From the NCBI GenBank assembly GCA_030704615.1, contig CM060731.1, forward strand, positions 37,882,001-37,946,000: a stretch of DNA of 64,000 bases, read 5' to 3'. The stretch is from Takakia lepidozioides (lineage: Eukaryota; Plantae; Bryophyta). This document shows, piece after piece, positions 49,212 through 63,199 of the stretch. The notes beneath the pieces were generated by a model, which saw only the letters and a program-made list of their open reading frames with translations, ran no database searches and was not told the origin of the DNA. Each line of letters opens with the position of its first letter. Position 1 is the stretch's first letter. The position numbers and the translations under genes were made by a program.

Positions 49212-50348
49212 CAATTTTATTTAACTCGTATCGTCTTGGTGACGTTTCATTCTAGCATGAAAGCTTGAGAATGGATTGTCTACCACTTCGAAGCTGAAAA
49301 AGAAATAGAAAAGCATTCAAAATTGGTGCTAAACAATACAAGATTGTTGTTTCCTGCTTGCCATGTGAGGATGGAGGCCATGCCAATAGATCAATCTGCC
49401 AACTCTGGAAGTCTTGTCCAGAATGCTCTAGATGTAGATGTTGATGGTAGTGAAAATGCTGTCACATTGCTGTAGGCAGATGGTAGTGGAGGGATGTTTT
49501 CACTCATGTTCATTCTTGAAGTTCAACAAGGAAAAGTTTTACTTTTTAACTTAGTCACATTTGTGTGCAAACTTCCTCCATATTGCTGCTTCAGATGCAC
49601 AGTCTCCAGTCATGTTTTTTCCTTTGCGTTTTTTGTTTGAAGGAGCAAGGGAAAAAATAACCTCAACAGCCATGACGTGGACATATGATTCAAAAATACA
49701 TGGTGTATTGTATATGTTGGAATGGTACTGAACTGTTGTTTCATATGGAAGAAGTTGACTTCAATTTAATGACATAGATATTTGAAGCTTTATTCCATCA
49801 GCATATATTCTCCCACATGATAAGGAGAACGGTAAAAGAATAACTGCAAGAATCATAAAGCATACACACTGTTCAAAAATGATTTGGCGTACTGTGTGTA
49901 TTGTGATTGATACTGGAATATGTTGGAAGAAGGTGACTTCATTAATATTTGAAGCTTTATTCTATCACATGATGTATTTAAATTTGCAATGTGTAAGAAG
50001 GGGTTGTAAAGGAAAATTAGGACCCATACAAAAACAATCTTCAAATGGCACCACCCAATTTCAAAGTCTAATTTAAAATTAGATATAATTGCACAACAGG
50101 GCTAGGGACGTGGTACGACATCCTATGCATTGGCCAGTGGGTTTCAAACTCCTGTGTGAGCTGACTGGGGCTCTGGCCCTGTTTGTCCCCAGAAAGGTGG
50201 TTTATTTTCCCCTTCAAGCCGCCTCAGTTACTGCCAGGCTGGGTGTTTCCTTGGAAGAAAAAAGGAGAAGAACAAGAAAAAGAATATATATCTTACTTCC
50301 CTGAAGATATGTAAATATAATTGCGGTTAAATTTCTGAACTGAGCAAC

Positions 50349-50482
50349 TTCCATCTCACAATATCTTCTCTTGGTTTTGATGCTCCAAGATAAATCTGTT
50401 GTTATCCCTCCAACAGTCTTGTGTCTTACAAGCCAGCACAGTCATATTGGAGCATCAAAGCCAAAAGAAGCAATTGTGGAAA
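50349..50482. other. Imperfect ~35-bp-stem hairpin (miRNA-precursor-like or MITE-like)
   Basis: cacaatatcttctcttggttttgatgctccaagat (50357-50391) is nearly the reverse complement of atattggagcatcaaagccaaaagaagcaattgtg (50444-50478). Confidence 0.7.
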
Positions 50483-51719
50483 GAACCACAAAAATCTTTG
50501 CTGCATCCAAAACAACAAGGGCTTAGAATGTCAGTAGTTGCACGTCAAACTACAAACTGAATCACGCCACATAGTCCTTGTCAAATTGAAAGGTCTTCCA
50601 GCCCAAAAGTTTATTAAGGCAGCTGCAAGAGCAACGGACCTGGAGATTGTTTCATCGAGTTCTACTCCCTTCCTCATCTATCTTCCGAATTCCTCTTGCA
50701 ACGGAGTTTAACAATATTTTGTTTTACTGCAAGGCCTTTCAATCTGAAGAGATGGATGCGTCTCTCGCAATGTGCGGGATAGAAACATCGATCAACTACA
50801 AACCAGTATATGCAAAAGATCTCTTCAAAGTGAAAGGTCGTATAGCGAAACATGTCGTTGTTTGCTTTCGTGGTAGAGCAAGGGATGTGCCAGTGAAAAA
50901 TGCATTTTCAAAAGCCAAAATATCTTATCTCATACATAGAATACCTCGAGAAGAATACGTCAACCCAACTAGACCACTTTGGCACAGAGGTTAACGCAGC
51001 CCATGCAATTGTATTAAAAGGGAGCAACAAAACCTTGGCTGCAGCAATGTCACTCTCTATTTAGGGCAAGATATTCCTTGGTACCTAAGATGGCTTGGTT
51101 TTGTAATACCTCTTCACCCGAATGCTTGGCTATGTTGGGTACCACTACAGAAGCCAGATCGTCATCCTTGGCCTCGTCAGATTGTAATGAATGCCCATTC
51201 CCCAAGAGGAATATGGGCGGCTGGCGTTGACAGGAACCTGCAGGCTTTCTTCATTTTTGTCTTCGCTGGCCACCATTAGTTGTAGATAGGTGAACTATAC
51301 ATTGAGATATCCAATTATTTTTCAAACTTTCGCTCCACATAGAAATAGGAGAGAAAATGAACACAGCAGCAACTCTTCAAACACAGTTGGGCAATCAAAA
51401 GATCAAAGACACAGAGACTGTCATGCAGAAACAAGTAATCGAATATCCTGGTTCAACTTTGGCAGCAGTATGAATAAGTTTCAAATTGAACAAAATCATC
51501 AGCCTGAAGATTTCATGCTCAAGCAAAGTTCAGAAGTTCATAATCTGCTACCCACAATTGGACTGTGTTAGGAGAGAGAACGGGAATTATAGTCATCTGT
51601 CATGTTGGTTTTACGATGTTTGAAAGCAAATATCGTAAATCCGCCATGAAAGAAGACTATTATTCCCGCCCATTCCTGTTCTCTCTCCTAACCTCCAAAA
51701 AGCTAAGGATATTGAACAA

Positions 51720-54700
51720 TGAGGCAGAGGGAGAGCAGACACACACACCTACAATCTAGGACAAAAATTCAGATCGATGAGCAACAGATAGAGGGAGGAC
51801 ATCCAGAAGACTCGATTAGAGAAAGAGTGAGGACGGGGAGATCTATGTTTGATAACTGATGGAAGACACTACGATACAGAAGACAAATACTAGAAAGGAT
51901 TAGCAACCAGACAGAGGGGGAGCAGTTGACATGAGCAAAAGAAGGAAGGTGGACCTTAATTATCAATACGTATGTGTGACACAGCCAGGAAAGTTGTTCT
52001 CGTCCCTGGCGGGTTAGCAGCCACAGGGATCTGAACAATCTCTGGGCTTAGTTGCCTCCTCTCCAATTTCTGCCAGTAAATCTTCATCGCATCTTCAGGG
52101 CTGATCTCCACATTGGCACCTCTCCACATTTCTGGGCCTCATCTGAATTTTCTGCCAGCAGATTTTCATCCTCAGCCTTATACTCATCACGAATGAATGC
52201 CCTCACATGATGAGTAGCAGTGGTGTACACTGTACACCTGACACTTGCAGCCGGCGTTCTGGAAGAGAGGGAACCCTGCTCTCATCATGTTGTCTTCATG
52301 TGGCCACCAATATTATAGACGGGTGAACCATAGCGTGAGACGTTCAATCATTTTTTCAGCTGTCAAGGAGGCAGAGGGAGAGCAGACATACATACATATA
52401 CAGATCTAGGGACAAAAAGATGGATCTATTAGCAAAATAGGTCGGATGGGTAGTTGTAATTACTCATAGAAAGACACTAAAATAAAGAAGAGGAGACTAG
52501 CTGCGGGATTGAGCAAGCAGGCAGAGGAGAGCAGACTGATATCCATACACTTACATATCCAGGGACATGAAGAGGGATTGTGAGCAAAAAGAGGTAGGGC
52601 ACCTGGTGAGTTCAATTACCGATGGAGCGAGGCTTTATCCTGGGGCTTATCATTTCTCCATTCTTTACCACCCTAAACACCCCTCCCAGCAGGTAATTTT
52701 GGTGTAACCTGCTATCAGCCGTACATGATATCGATCTGGATCACCGTCTATGTTAAGAGATTGTGAAGCCGGAAAGAAATCCATTCTTTGAGTGGGAGAA
52801 CTTTTCTGGTGTTCTCATAAGAATGCCCAGCCCTTCAGCTCTCGTATAGGGGTAGCGCGTCCTTTTCAGAACGACAGGATAGCTGTGTCAATGTGCAAAG
52901 GAGATCCTACAAACATGCACAAAATAGAAAGATTCTTTAAGAGCGTCATCAGCCGGATAGAGGTCAGCCATCAAAGGAGGTTGCATCAGGGTTGCATTCT
53001 TGCCAGATTTGCCATAGGGCCACACCGACCTCTATCCTCTTACTCAATACCACTGTAGATGCATCCAATAGCTCATATTCAACCTTCATCTCTTTGCTTC
53101 CAACAACAATTTTTGTGTTGGTCTCAATGGATTTCTTTGCAGCAACTGAGCAGCAACTAAGAGATCCATTGAGAGTAACAAAAAATTTGCGGTTGGAAGT
53201 TTGTAGGTCTAATCATTGATCATTGAACACCAGGTCCATCAACAAGGCAAGCATTTATGGTCATGCAGGAGTGCTTAGTCAGCTCTTTGCTTCCAACTGC
53301 AAACTTGGGCTTCATCTCTGTAGTGGACTTCCTTGGAAGTTGCTTTTTCAGGTCAGCTCATTGATTGAACCATACAACCATGATCAACAAGGCAAGCATA
53401 TACTGTCCTCAAAACTATATATACAAGTTTCTGTCCCATACGCTAAGCTTCATTTAAAGGCTTGCCTGAGCAATTAATCTCCCTCCTTTTCCTACCTCTG
53501 CATCCGTAATTCTCCATTCTTCCTCGAAATCAAATGGCAAGAGGAGCTGGTCATACAGGCTGCCCCTGTATCAGTGACTCCGCACTCCTGCATCAACATC
53601 CTCACTAGTTTCACTGAGCATTCTCCCAAGGTTCTTTAGCGAGAAGAGCTGGTCATGGTGGGTGAAGTCATGAGACACCTGCTGAAACCCTGCTCCTCCC
53701 TTCTCCGCTCCCTCTCTTATGACGAGGCACTGACTACACTGCGGTATAGGCCCACCGACTTTCCGCGGGCAGGAACTTTCCAGTGCATAAAAATCTGCTC
53801 AAATCAAATCATGGTTCCACTAGGCTGTCATGCGGTGGAACATCAGGATCCGCCCCTGATTACCTGGCTCCATTTCCACCCTAGATGATATCTCATCCAA
53901 GGGACAAGAGAGTGTTCCACAAATTGGCCAATTCTGGACAAGGGTTCCATGCTCCTGCCCCTAGTGCGATCCACTAGTGGGTAAATTCTGCTTCAAAATG
54001 CCCTAAAGATTAAAAAGGGAAATCTAGCGCAGGTTTTAGGGTCTACTAACCTACCTGTTCTGCTCCATTTTGTGACCAACTTGGTAAATCTTTTCTATTT
54101 GGTTGTATACCATGCCTCAAAACCCATATAGAAATTCTGTGAGAGAACCTTGGAACCATGTAATTATAATAAGACACATGTGGATCTTAATCTCCATCTT
54201 AACTTATGTGAGGTTAAGTTCCAAGTAACATAAGCAGTAGCCCTTGGGGGTCAAGTGACACCACACATTTACTCTTGCTTGGCAAAAGTCCACACTTTTT
54301 GGGAGGTAATTAAGGTTAATCTACAGGAAAAGAAAATTAGGCTTTTATGACTTCCTCATGGTCAACCCTGCATGACGCTGCTTGTAGGTAAAGTCCAACT
54401 TCTGAAGGCAGTTGCTGAGTAGTGGAACCTCTTTCAATCTCAATATGTTTTGATTGCACTAACTTCCTGTGCTAAATTAGTCCGAAGGGTTTCACAATCT
54501 TGGCAGTGTGGTAGTCGGTGATCAGCACTAATTAGCCTGCCAATCTGCACTCATGGATAAATTTATGGATTACATTACACCACACAATTTGAATTCTACC
54601 ACAAACAAGCTAGAACGAATGCCGGATGATCCTGGCTTCTGATACAAAAGGCAAGGAGAAAGGAACACACGTGCATTGTGCTAAGTTGAGGCTAATTTCC

Positions 54701-57700
54701 AGTGTCCTTTACATTAAACAACTGTGCGTGGATGCAGATGTAAACATCATACAACCAACAAACCAGCGCTGCTGATCATGGCTCAGCAAACTAAAACAGC
54801 ATGGCAATATTAAAGTTAAGGTAAATAATATCATAGATTTTGTAGTGGGACTCAAGATGTAAGCCCCATATTTGAAACTTGGGATGATCCTTATTTTACT
54901 GCACATTGAAAACAAACTTACAGTCACATAACTCTGTAATAAGGTATATATCTTAAGCTCATTTCAATACTTCCTTTGAAGGATATGTAATTAGTTGCTT
55001 TCACTACTGGTAACTGAACTGCATGGAGAAAAAAAAACAAAACAAAACAACAACAACAACAAAACGGTGGGATTGATCCAAACACATCAAGCCCATTGAC
55101 CATTCCAACAGAAACTGCAGAAACTTCGCATATGCCGATTCGATGGCTAACGTGGCTACTGAGCAGCTACAACCGACAAACCAGAGCTGCTGCTGGTGGC
55201 TCAGCAAAGCGAACGTCGCCATCTTGGTCGGTGTACGCAAACTTGCAGGCTACACCAGAGCTGTCAAAGCAGCGGTGTGTGGCGTTGTACGCAAACTTGC
55301 AGGCTACACCAGGGCTGTCAAAGCAGCGGTGTGTGTCGTTGTACTCAAACTTGCAGGCTACACCAGCTTTCAAAGCAGCGGTGGACATGACAGTACTCTA
55401 AGCATCTCCCTCCCATCGACGTGTCTCATCGCCACCACTATTCGCACGTCTCCTTCGCTACAACGAGATGCATGCGGCTAGAGCGACGCATGCACGGATC
55501 AGTTAATCAACTTCTTTAATCTCAGCATGGTGAGCTGGATGTGCACAATTGTGTGCAAGTTGAAGTGAGACAGAAGTGAGCTAGATGTATCATAGATTTG
55601 ATCAACTTGCAGCTGGTTACAACAGAGCTGTCAAAGCAGCGGTGGACATGACAGTACTGTAAGAATCTCCCTCCCATCGACGTGTTTCATCTCTACACCA
55701 CTATTCACACGTCTCCTTGGCTACAAGGAGATGCATGCCGCTGGAGCGACGTCAGCACGGATCAGTTCAACTTATTTAATTTTAATCCTGTGAGCTGTAT
55801 GTCTATACGTGTGTACAAATTGAAAGAGACAGAAGTGAGCTCAATTTCCAGTGTGTGTAGATTGGAAGCAACTCTGGAAATTTGTTTCTGGTACGTAGAT
55901 GTCTCCCATTTTGGTCCAAAGGTTGCATTTTCCTTCCATACTTTCTAGATAAATGTCCATTGTAATTACTGTGTACAGATTGAGGTGAGCTAGATGTCCA
56001 GCAGTGTATCCAGTAGTGTATAGATTGGAAGAAATTTCTAGGATTTGTGCACATAGCCTTTGCTACCTACAACATTATAGATTCACGGTGGAGTTCACAC
56101 GCTAGCTTGGTCTAGATGGACATCACAGTCACCGGCCATCACCGAGCTTTTGACGATATACATTGATTGCGTCTGAGCGCGGCCGGCTACTCACCGTAGC
56201 CAGTCAACCTACATACATTATGAATTCTGCATGACAATTTGGATGACGATTTGAAAAACGTGGACGCTGATCCACAGTATGCGTGCCCGGCTAGTATAGC
56301 CGTGGCAGGCTCATCTTGCTGGATATCTAGTCCATAGTTAAGTTATACTACTTTTATTATACTTATACTTATTATACTTATTATACTTATTAAGTTATAC
56401 TAGTTTTATTATACTTAATACCTATACTTATACAAGGAGGTGCACAATCTTTGTGCTATTGTTAAGTCTATATAGACCACATATCTGTAGATGGGAATGC
56501 ATCCAATATATGGATGCACAGAGTATAGTTGAACCATAGTTGGGAGTTATTCACTCATCTCATCACTCACTTGACCCAGAAAAAAGTCTAATTACAAGTC
56601 ACCTATGTATGCGGAGCTTGGATGCTTCACAACTGACTAAAACTTATCATCGCGTCGTACGTTTTTATAAATTAATATGCCACGACCTAATTAATAGTTC
56701 GGATGTGCTTGCCAGTGCTGAATGCCCTCTTGTTTGATATCGTTGAGGCCTACTTGAGTGTGTGCTGTTGTTGATGTGATACACCCATTCACTTTTCCCT
56801 TGTCTACTCATAACACATAACATAGACTGATGATCACTATTATGACTATGTGAGAGCCCATTTGGCTCTGCCTTCCCTGACCACACAACGCATGTAGAAT
56901 GCCACACTTGTTTAGAAGTGCTGATTGCAACCATCCCCAACGACACTACCACACTGTGTGACAAAATGATTATGTTTATAAGTAGCTCACTAATTTAGCA
57001 CTGGCACTGCAATCAAAGACATGCTGGATGCATTGAGACTGGTTTTCATCAACTAATAAGTTAATTGTAAATATTTATATACGTTAAGTGGAAAATATTT
57101 TAGCTCTCAGGTTTATTTAGTTTCAATTTTTGCAAAACAAATCGCAATTCAATATTAAAAAGGGAACAAAGAAGTCCCCATAGCCAATATTGATTACACT
57201 GAGACATAAAAAAAACAAATAACCAAGGCCAGCAGGCCAACCATCCCACAGATTCCATGCACATTACGTGATCTCAAGTGGTTAGTTTTGAAGCATCTAA
57301 GTACACTTGTTGGTTTGCCTCCATGTCTAGTGACTTGCAAACCAGCCAATATACTTGGATGCAAAATTGAGAATTGAGAAGCAATTGCCAAAAGAACCAT
57401 GAAACAAATATTAATGTCAATTTTTGTTTTTGTTTTTCAAAATTAAAATCAGCTCATATGTACATGAGTCTAAATATCACCATCATCCAATTAAATTTGA
57501 ATTGTGGCCATTGTTACATATGGGAAAATGAAATCTGGGAGAAAACCAACCGTAACAATCTTTCCTGCATCCAAAATTACAATTTGCTCATGCCGTAAAT
57601 CTTCACAATCTACAAACAGTCTCCAAACAGTATCAATTGGATGTAGCTCACCTCAGTCGTCAATTGAATATTAATTCAGTCAATACCCCTGTCGCTAAAA

Positions 57701-60700
57701 TGAATGGGATATGGATCTACCCATGAAATGTATAGAACAAGATAAGCAAATTAGTGTGGCTCCAATAAGCCTGCATGAGACCTGAATCATATCTCATCAT
57801 TCTAGATATAACAGACGTATATAAAATGAGCCTATGATGAGAGTCTGAACAAGTCTAGAGTTAATTCAAACCCACCATCAATATCGCTCCCACAACACAC
57901 TCACCACATCAGGTCTGTGATCCGGATCTTATAATTTGTCCCTGGGAACTCATTCTAGGATGACGAAGCCCTGCCAAAACAATACCAACCATCAAAAGAT
58001 GTTGCATTCTTTTCAGATTTGCCACAACGCCACAACTAGGCCACAACGACTTGCAATATGATCTTTGACAAAAGGGACTGTACAAGCTATTGATTGAACC
58101 ACATAACCATCAACAAGGCAAGCATTTAAGGTCCTGAAGATGTGCCAAAAGCTAAGCATCATTTAGAGGCAGTCTCTGTGTGGTTTAGCCTTCTCCCTTG
58201 TTCCTCGAAGTGATCTATGAGCAACAGGAGCTCATTGTTGGATTATCCACACCTGACCTGTAGGTAGCCGGCAGTTTTACATGGTACCATCTAGTTGGTT
58301 CTAGCAGGTAGCAAGATTACCCTTGAGTTACGATGACATGGAGTTGTGCCTGCAACTCCAACTGTATATATACTCTCGAATTCAATTTCGTGTACACTTA
58401 GTCTGTGATTCTGTAAATGTCAACACTCATCATGCGGGCTGCCCCTACATCAGCCACACCGTACACGTTGGTCGGTTGAGCATTCTCCCTTCTTCCTTGT
58501 CCCATAAGCTCTTTGAGCTTTCCGTGGACGTTATAAAGTACCATTCCATTCCATTCCTTGAAGGCAGGACTGACAAGAGCTGCTGGTCATGAGGGCTTAA
58601 GTCTCGCTGAAGTCATGATATGTGCACCTGGAGGCCGGTGGAACCCCCCTCCTCCCTGTTGAGAATGTGCACCGGTGGTGCCAGATGAAGCTGGGACATT
58701 ACGATTGGAATATTAAAGTCGTGTGGGACACCTCGATAGGACTATCAATGTGCGGCATAAAAGGACAAGCACAGATTCAGATTCACAGTGACAACATTGT
58801 GGAGATCAGGTGCCAAGGGACCATCTACCATAAACAAGTTCTCACAGTTTCTTCAAAACCTACACACACTGGACATCTAGCTCACTTCTGTCTCTATCAA
58901 TTTGTACACAATAATAGACATCCAGCTCACCAGATTGATATTAAATAGATTGAACTGATCCGTGCAGACATCGCTACAGCCGGCGCGCATCTCATTGTAG
59001 CCAAGGAGACAGGCAAATAGTGGTGGAGCGATGAGACACGTCGATGGGAGGGAGATGCTTAGAGTACTGTCATGTCCACCGCTGCTTTGACAGCTCTGTC
59101 GTAGCCTGCCGCAAGTTGCGTAGACACACCGACCAAGATGGCGACTTTCGCTTTGCCGAGCCACGTTCAGCAGCGCTGGTTGTAGCTGCTAGGTAGAGCT
59201 ATTCACGGCACGATTCGCGCCATCGAATCCGCATATGCGAAGTTTCCCAGTCTTGCTTGGCTTCAGTTTCTGATGGAATGTTAAATTTTACATATCCTTA
59301 CAAGAAAGTTTTTTGAATGAGCTTAAGATATATATACCGTAGAGAGTTATATCACTGTAAGTTTGTTTTCAATGTGCAGTAAAGTAAGAATCCATCCAAG
59401 GATTCAATGGGGCTCCCCCCCTAGAAAATCTATGATATTTATGAATCTTTATCTTTAAATATGGAGAATTCTACTGTGTTCCTCACTGCTCAGGGTGCCA
59501 GCTACCTGCGCGACTTTTGTTTAACTGGGGCATCTGAAATATTTAGCACATGTTCGATGCACTGAGATTGAAAGAGGTTCTGGTTCCAGCAACTGCCTTA
59601 TAAGGTACACTTATTCACATCATACAGGAGTGGCCTTGAAGAAGCCAAAATGCCTAATTTGATTTCCCGTACAACAACGTTAACCTTAAGGTTCCTCACA
59701 TAGGTTAAGAGGGATGTTAAGACAAGATTTTCCTCCAGACAGTGTCTTATTATAATTACTGGTCTAAAGGTTCACCCATAGAATATGGGGTATAAGCCCA
59801 ACTAGCTAAAACTGGTAAGTTGGTCATAAATTAAATTAAATGAAGCAGAACAGGAAGGTTAGTAGTTTCTCCTGTAGCTAGTCACATAGTGCCAGCTTCT
59901 CTACCCCCATAGTTGCTATTTCTCATTGAGGACACTGGTAGTGAGTATAAGAGAGGGGGTGGAGAAGGGAGGGGGGTGTTCCACCAGGTGCACATGTGAA
60001 TTCAGCCCGCATGACCGACAGCTCTTCTCGCGGCTCTTTGACTTCAAGGAAGAAGGGAGAATGCTCAACTGAACGTTGTGCAGTGCTGATGACGTATAAG
60101 GGCGCATCTCGCGGCTCTTTGACTTCAAGGAAGAAGCTCAATTGAACGGTGTGCAGTGCTGATGACGTATAAGGGCGCACAGCCTGTGTGACGAGACTTT
60201 AAGGAAGAAGGGAGATGGCTACACAGCCACTGTCTATAAATGATGCTTAGTTTTCCATAAATGCTTGCCTTGTTGATGGTTCAATCAATAGCTTGTACAG
60301 TCCCTTTTGTCAAGGATCGCTATAGAATAGCTACTGACAATGTGCTGTCTGGAGATTATGAGTTTTCAGGGACAACTTATAAGAGTCTTATAAGTTGTAG
60401 CTGCAATCTCGTAGTCTCCATTCAGCACATTGACAGACCAGATAATGTGTGGGTTTTGTGGGGGTGATATTGATGGTGGGTTAACTCTAGACTTGTCCAG
60501 ACTCTCACAGGCTCATTTTAGATACGTACAAGATTGTTATAATATCTAAATTAAAATGAATGATATGAGCGAGATCTCATGCAGGTTTATCGGAGCCACA
60601 CTACATTTGCTTATCTTGTTCTAAAGATTTCACCGGTGGATTGACATTTTCCCATTCATTTTCGTGACAGGGATATTCACTGAATTAGAGGGACATTTCA

Positions 60701-62746
60701 GTATAACAAATTAGGACCTCTTGCTTGATTGCTGTATCTTTTTGTTTATTGAGGAGTCAGTGCAGGTAACGATGCTAATCACTAGGAAAGCTATCCAGGT
60801 CCAGAAATTAGTTTGTTGGATGTTGAGGGTGTTGTGTGCACCGATATCGGACTCCAGATGAGGTTTAATGATGAGATTCGTCATCTCAGTACAGCTTGAA
60901 CGTCCTTACTCCCCTGACCTGTCTAGCTGGTGAAGGGGCAAGTCTTCTAGTCTTGTTTGTAGAATCTCCTCTCCAGGGTTCCTGCAGGCCTAACAGAGAC
61001 GACAACCGCTTAAGTAAGACACCTTAAGACAACAACCACCTTAACCCTCTTGGCTCTAGCACATATGCAGCTGACGCTCTCCACTGAGGATGGATCCTCG
61101 GTCCATCGGTAATAAAACTCCCCATCCTACCTCTTTTCCTCATCGGTCCCGCTTTATGTCCCTGGATATGTATGTGTTGTATGTCAGTCTGCTGGTCTGC
61201 TCTCCTCTGCCTGTCTTCGATCCGGCTGGTCTCCTCTTCTTTATTGTAGTGGTCTTCCCTGGGGCCACTGTACTTAAACTCTCAATCCTAGAATCTATTT
61301 TTCTCATACATCTCTCTATTTGTCCCTAGATCTGTATGTGTATGTAAGTATGCTCTTCCTCTGCCACCTTGCTCAATCCTGCTAGACTCCTCTTCTGTCT
61401 CGGTTTATGTGTATGGATCAGTGAAAGTTGAAAAACTGATTGAACATCTCATGGTAGGTAAAGTTCACCCATCTAAATTAATGGTGGAAGATGAAGAAAA
61501 AAAGACTAACAGCAGGGAGCAGGGTACGTTCGTATGTTCCCTCTTCCAGAACGCCACCGGCCGAGCCTCACGTGTACAGCACTACTACTCATGATTTGAG
61601 GGCATCCACTCATGACAAGGCTGAGGATGAAGATGATCTGCTGGCAGAGGAACCAGGCCATGCAGAAATGTGGAGCCAATGTGGAAATCAGCCCTGAGGA
61701 TGAAGATCAGCTACTGGCAGAAATTTAATGGAGAGGAGCTGGCAGCTAAGCCCAGAGATCATTGAGACTAGCCATGAGGCTGCCATCCGTGCTGACGTCG
61801 CTCCAGCGGCATGCAACTCGTTGTAGCCAAGGAGACGTGCAAATAGTGGTGTAGAGATGAAACACGTCGATGGGAGGGAGATTCTTACAGTACTATCATG
61901 TCCACCACTGCTTTGAAAGCTCTGTTGTAACCAGCTGCAAGTTGATCAAATCTATGATCAATTTTGGACATCTAGCTCACTTCTGTCTCATTCAACTTGC
62001 ACACAATAGTGCACATCCAGCTCACCATACTGAGATTAAATAAGATGATTAACTGATCCGTGCATGCGTCACTCTAGCCGCATGCATCTCGTTGTAGCGA
62101 AGGAGATGTGCAAGGAGACGTGCGAATAGTGGTGGAGCAATGAGACACGTCGATGGGAGGAGATGCTTAGTACTGTCATGTCCACCGCTGCTTTGACAGC
62201 TCTGGTGTAGCATGCAAGTTTGTGACACACCGCTGCTTTGACAGCTCTGGTGTAGCCTGCAAGTTTGCGTACAACGACACACCGACCAAGATGGCGACGT
62301 TGGCTTTGCTGAGCCACGATCATCAGCTCTGGTTTGTCGGTTGTAGCTGCTCAGTAGCCACGATAGCCATCGAATCGGCATATGCGAAGTTTCTGCAGGT
62401 TCTGGTCAATGGGCTTGATGTGCTTGGATCAATCCAACCGTTTTGTTGTTGTTGTTGTTTTTGTTTTGTTTTTTATATCACTGTAATTTTGTTTTCATTG
62501 TGCAGTAAAATAAGGATCCTTCCCAATATTCAATGGGGCTCACATTCGAGTCCCAATACAAAATCTATGATATAATTTACATTTACTTTAATATTTCCAA
62601 GCTGTTTTAGTTTGCTGAGCCATGATCATCTGCGCTGGTTTGTTGGTTGTATGATGTTTGTTACATTTGCATCCAAAGCACAATTGTTTAATGTAAAGGA
62701 TAGTGGAGCTTAGCCTCAACTTAGCACAATGCACATGTGTTCCTTG
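51720..62746. repeat. Nested inverted/tandem segmental duplication of an unidentified degenerate gene-like unit
   Basis: Reverse-complement pairs: 52040-52620 with 61130-61765; 54045-54480 with 59530-59865; 54660-55860 with 61790-62746 and 58870-59440; 57660-58160 with 60240-60690; 58430-58640 with 59985-60200. Confidence 0.85.
56338..56432. repeat. (TTATACTTA)n AT-rich minisatellite
   Basis: Directly visible tandem ttatactta/ttatacta units. Confidence 0.85.
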
Positions 62747-63113
62747 TGTTGGAGGTACAGTTCGCCGTTAGTTACTAATTAGTAATCTCTGATGTGACTA
62801 GATAGAATGATTAGCTAGACAGGCTACAGCTGTTCTGCATGAACCATGGGTGACTATTGACATGCTGCCTGACAATTGGTGTTTGAACTGCTGATTCAAA
62901 GTGGGCCGCCACCACTATTTTGAGTATATAGGGTGCAGGCTGTCTAAAGTACGATGATGGATGCATAGGTACACACAGAGTGTAGTGTCAAGGGTTAAGC
63001 ATCACGGCGTCTTCACAGTGATCAATAAAAGTACTCTAGCTTACTCCAACTAAGTCTTGTGGTTGTCACTGCTCTAATATAGTAGCGTTGTTTTCCTAAA
63101 GGTTATGGGCCCA
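62747..63113 (+). mobile_element. Ty1/copia LTR followed by a half-tRNA-iMet type primer binding site
   Basis: Starts TGTTGGA, with TATATA at ~62925 and AATAAA at ~63024. It is followed at 63101 by GGTTATGGGCCCA, the PBS type known from Drosophila copia. Confidence 0.7.
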
Positions 63114-63199
63114 CATTTGCTGAAGCTGTAGGAATTAGTGATGACGTCCAAGGGCATAGAGTGTTGAAATGCTACAAAAACGATTAACAAATAATGCAC

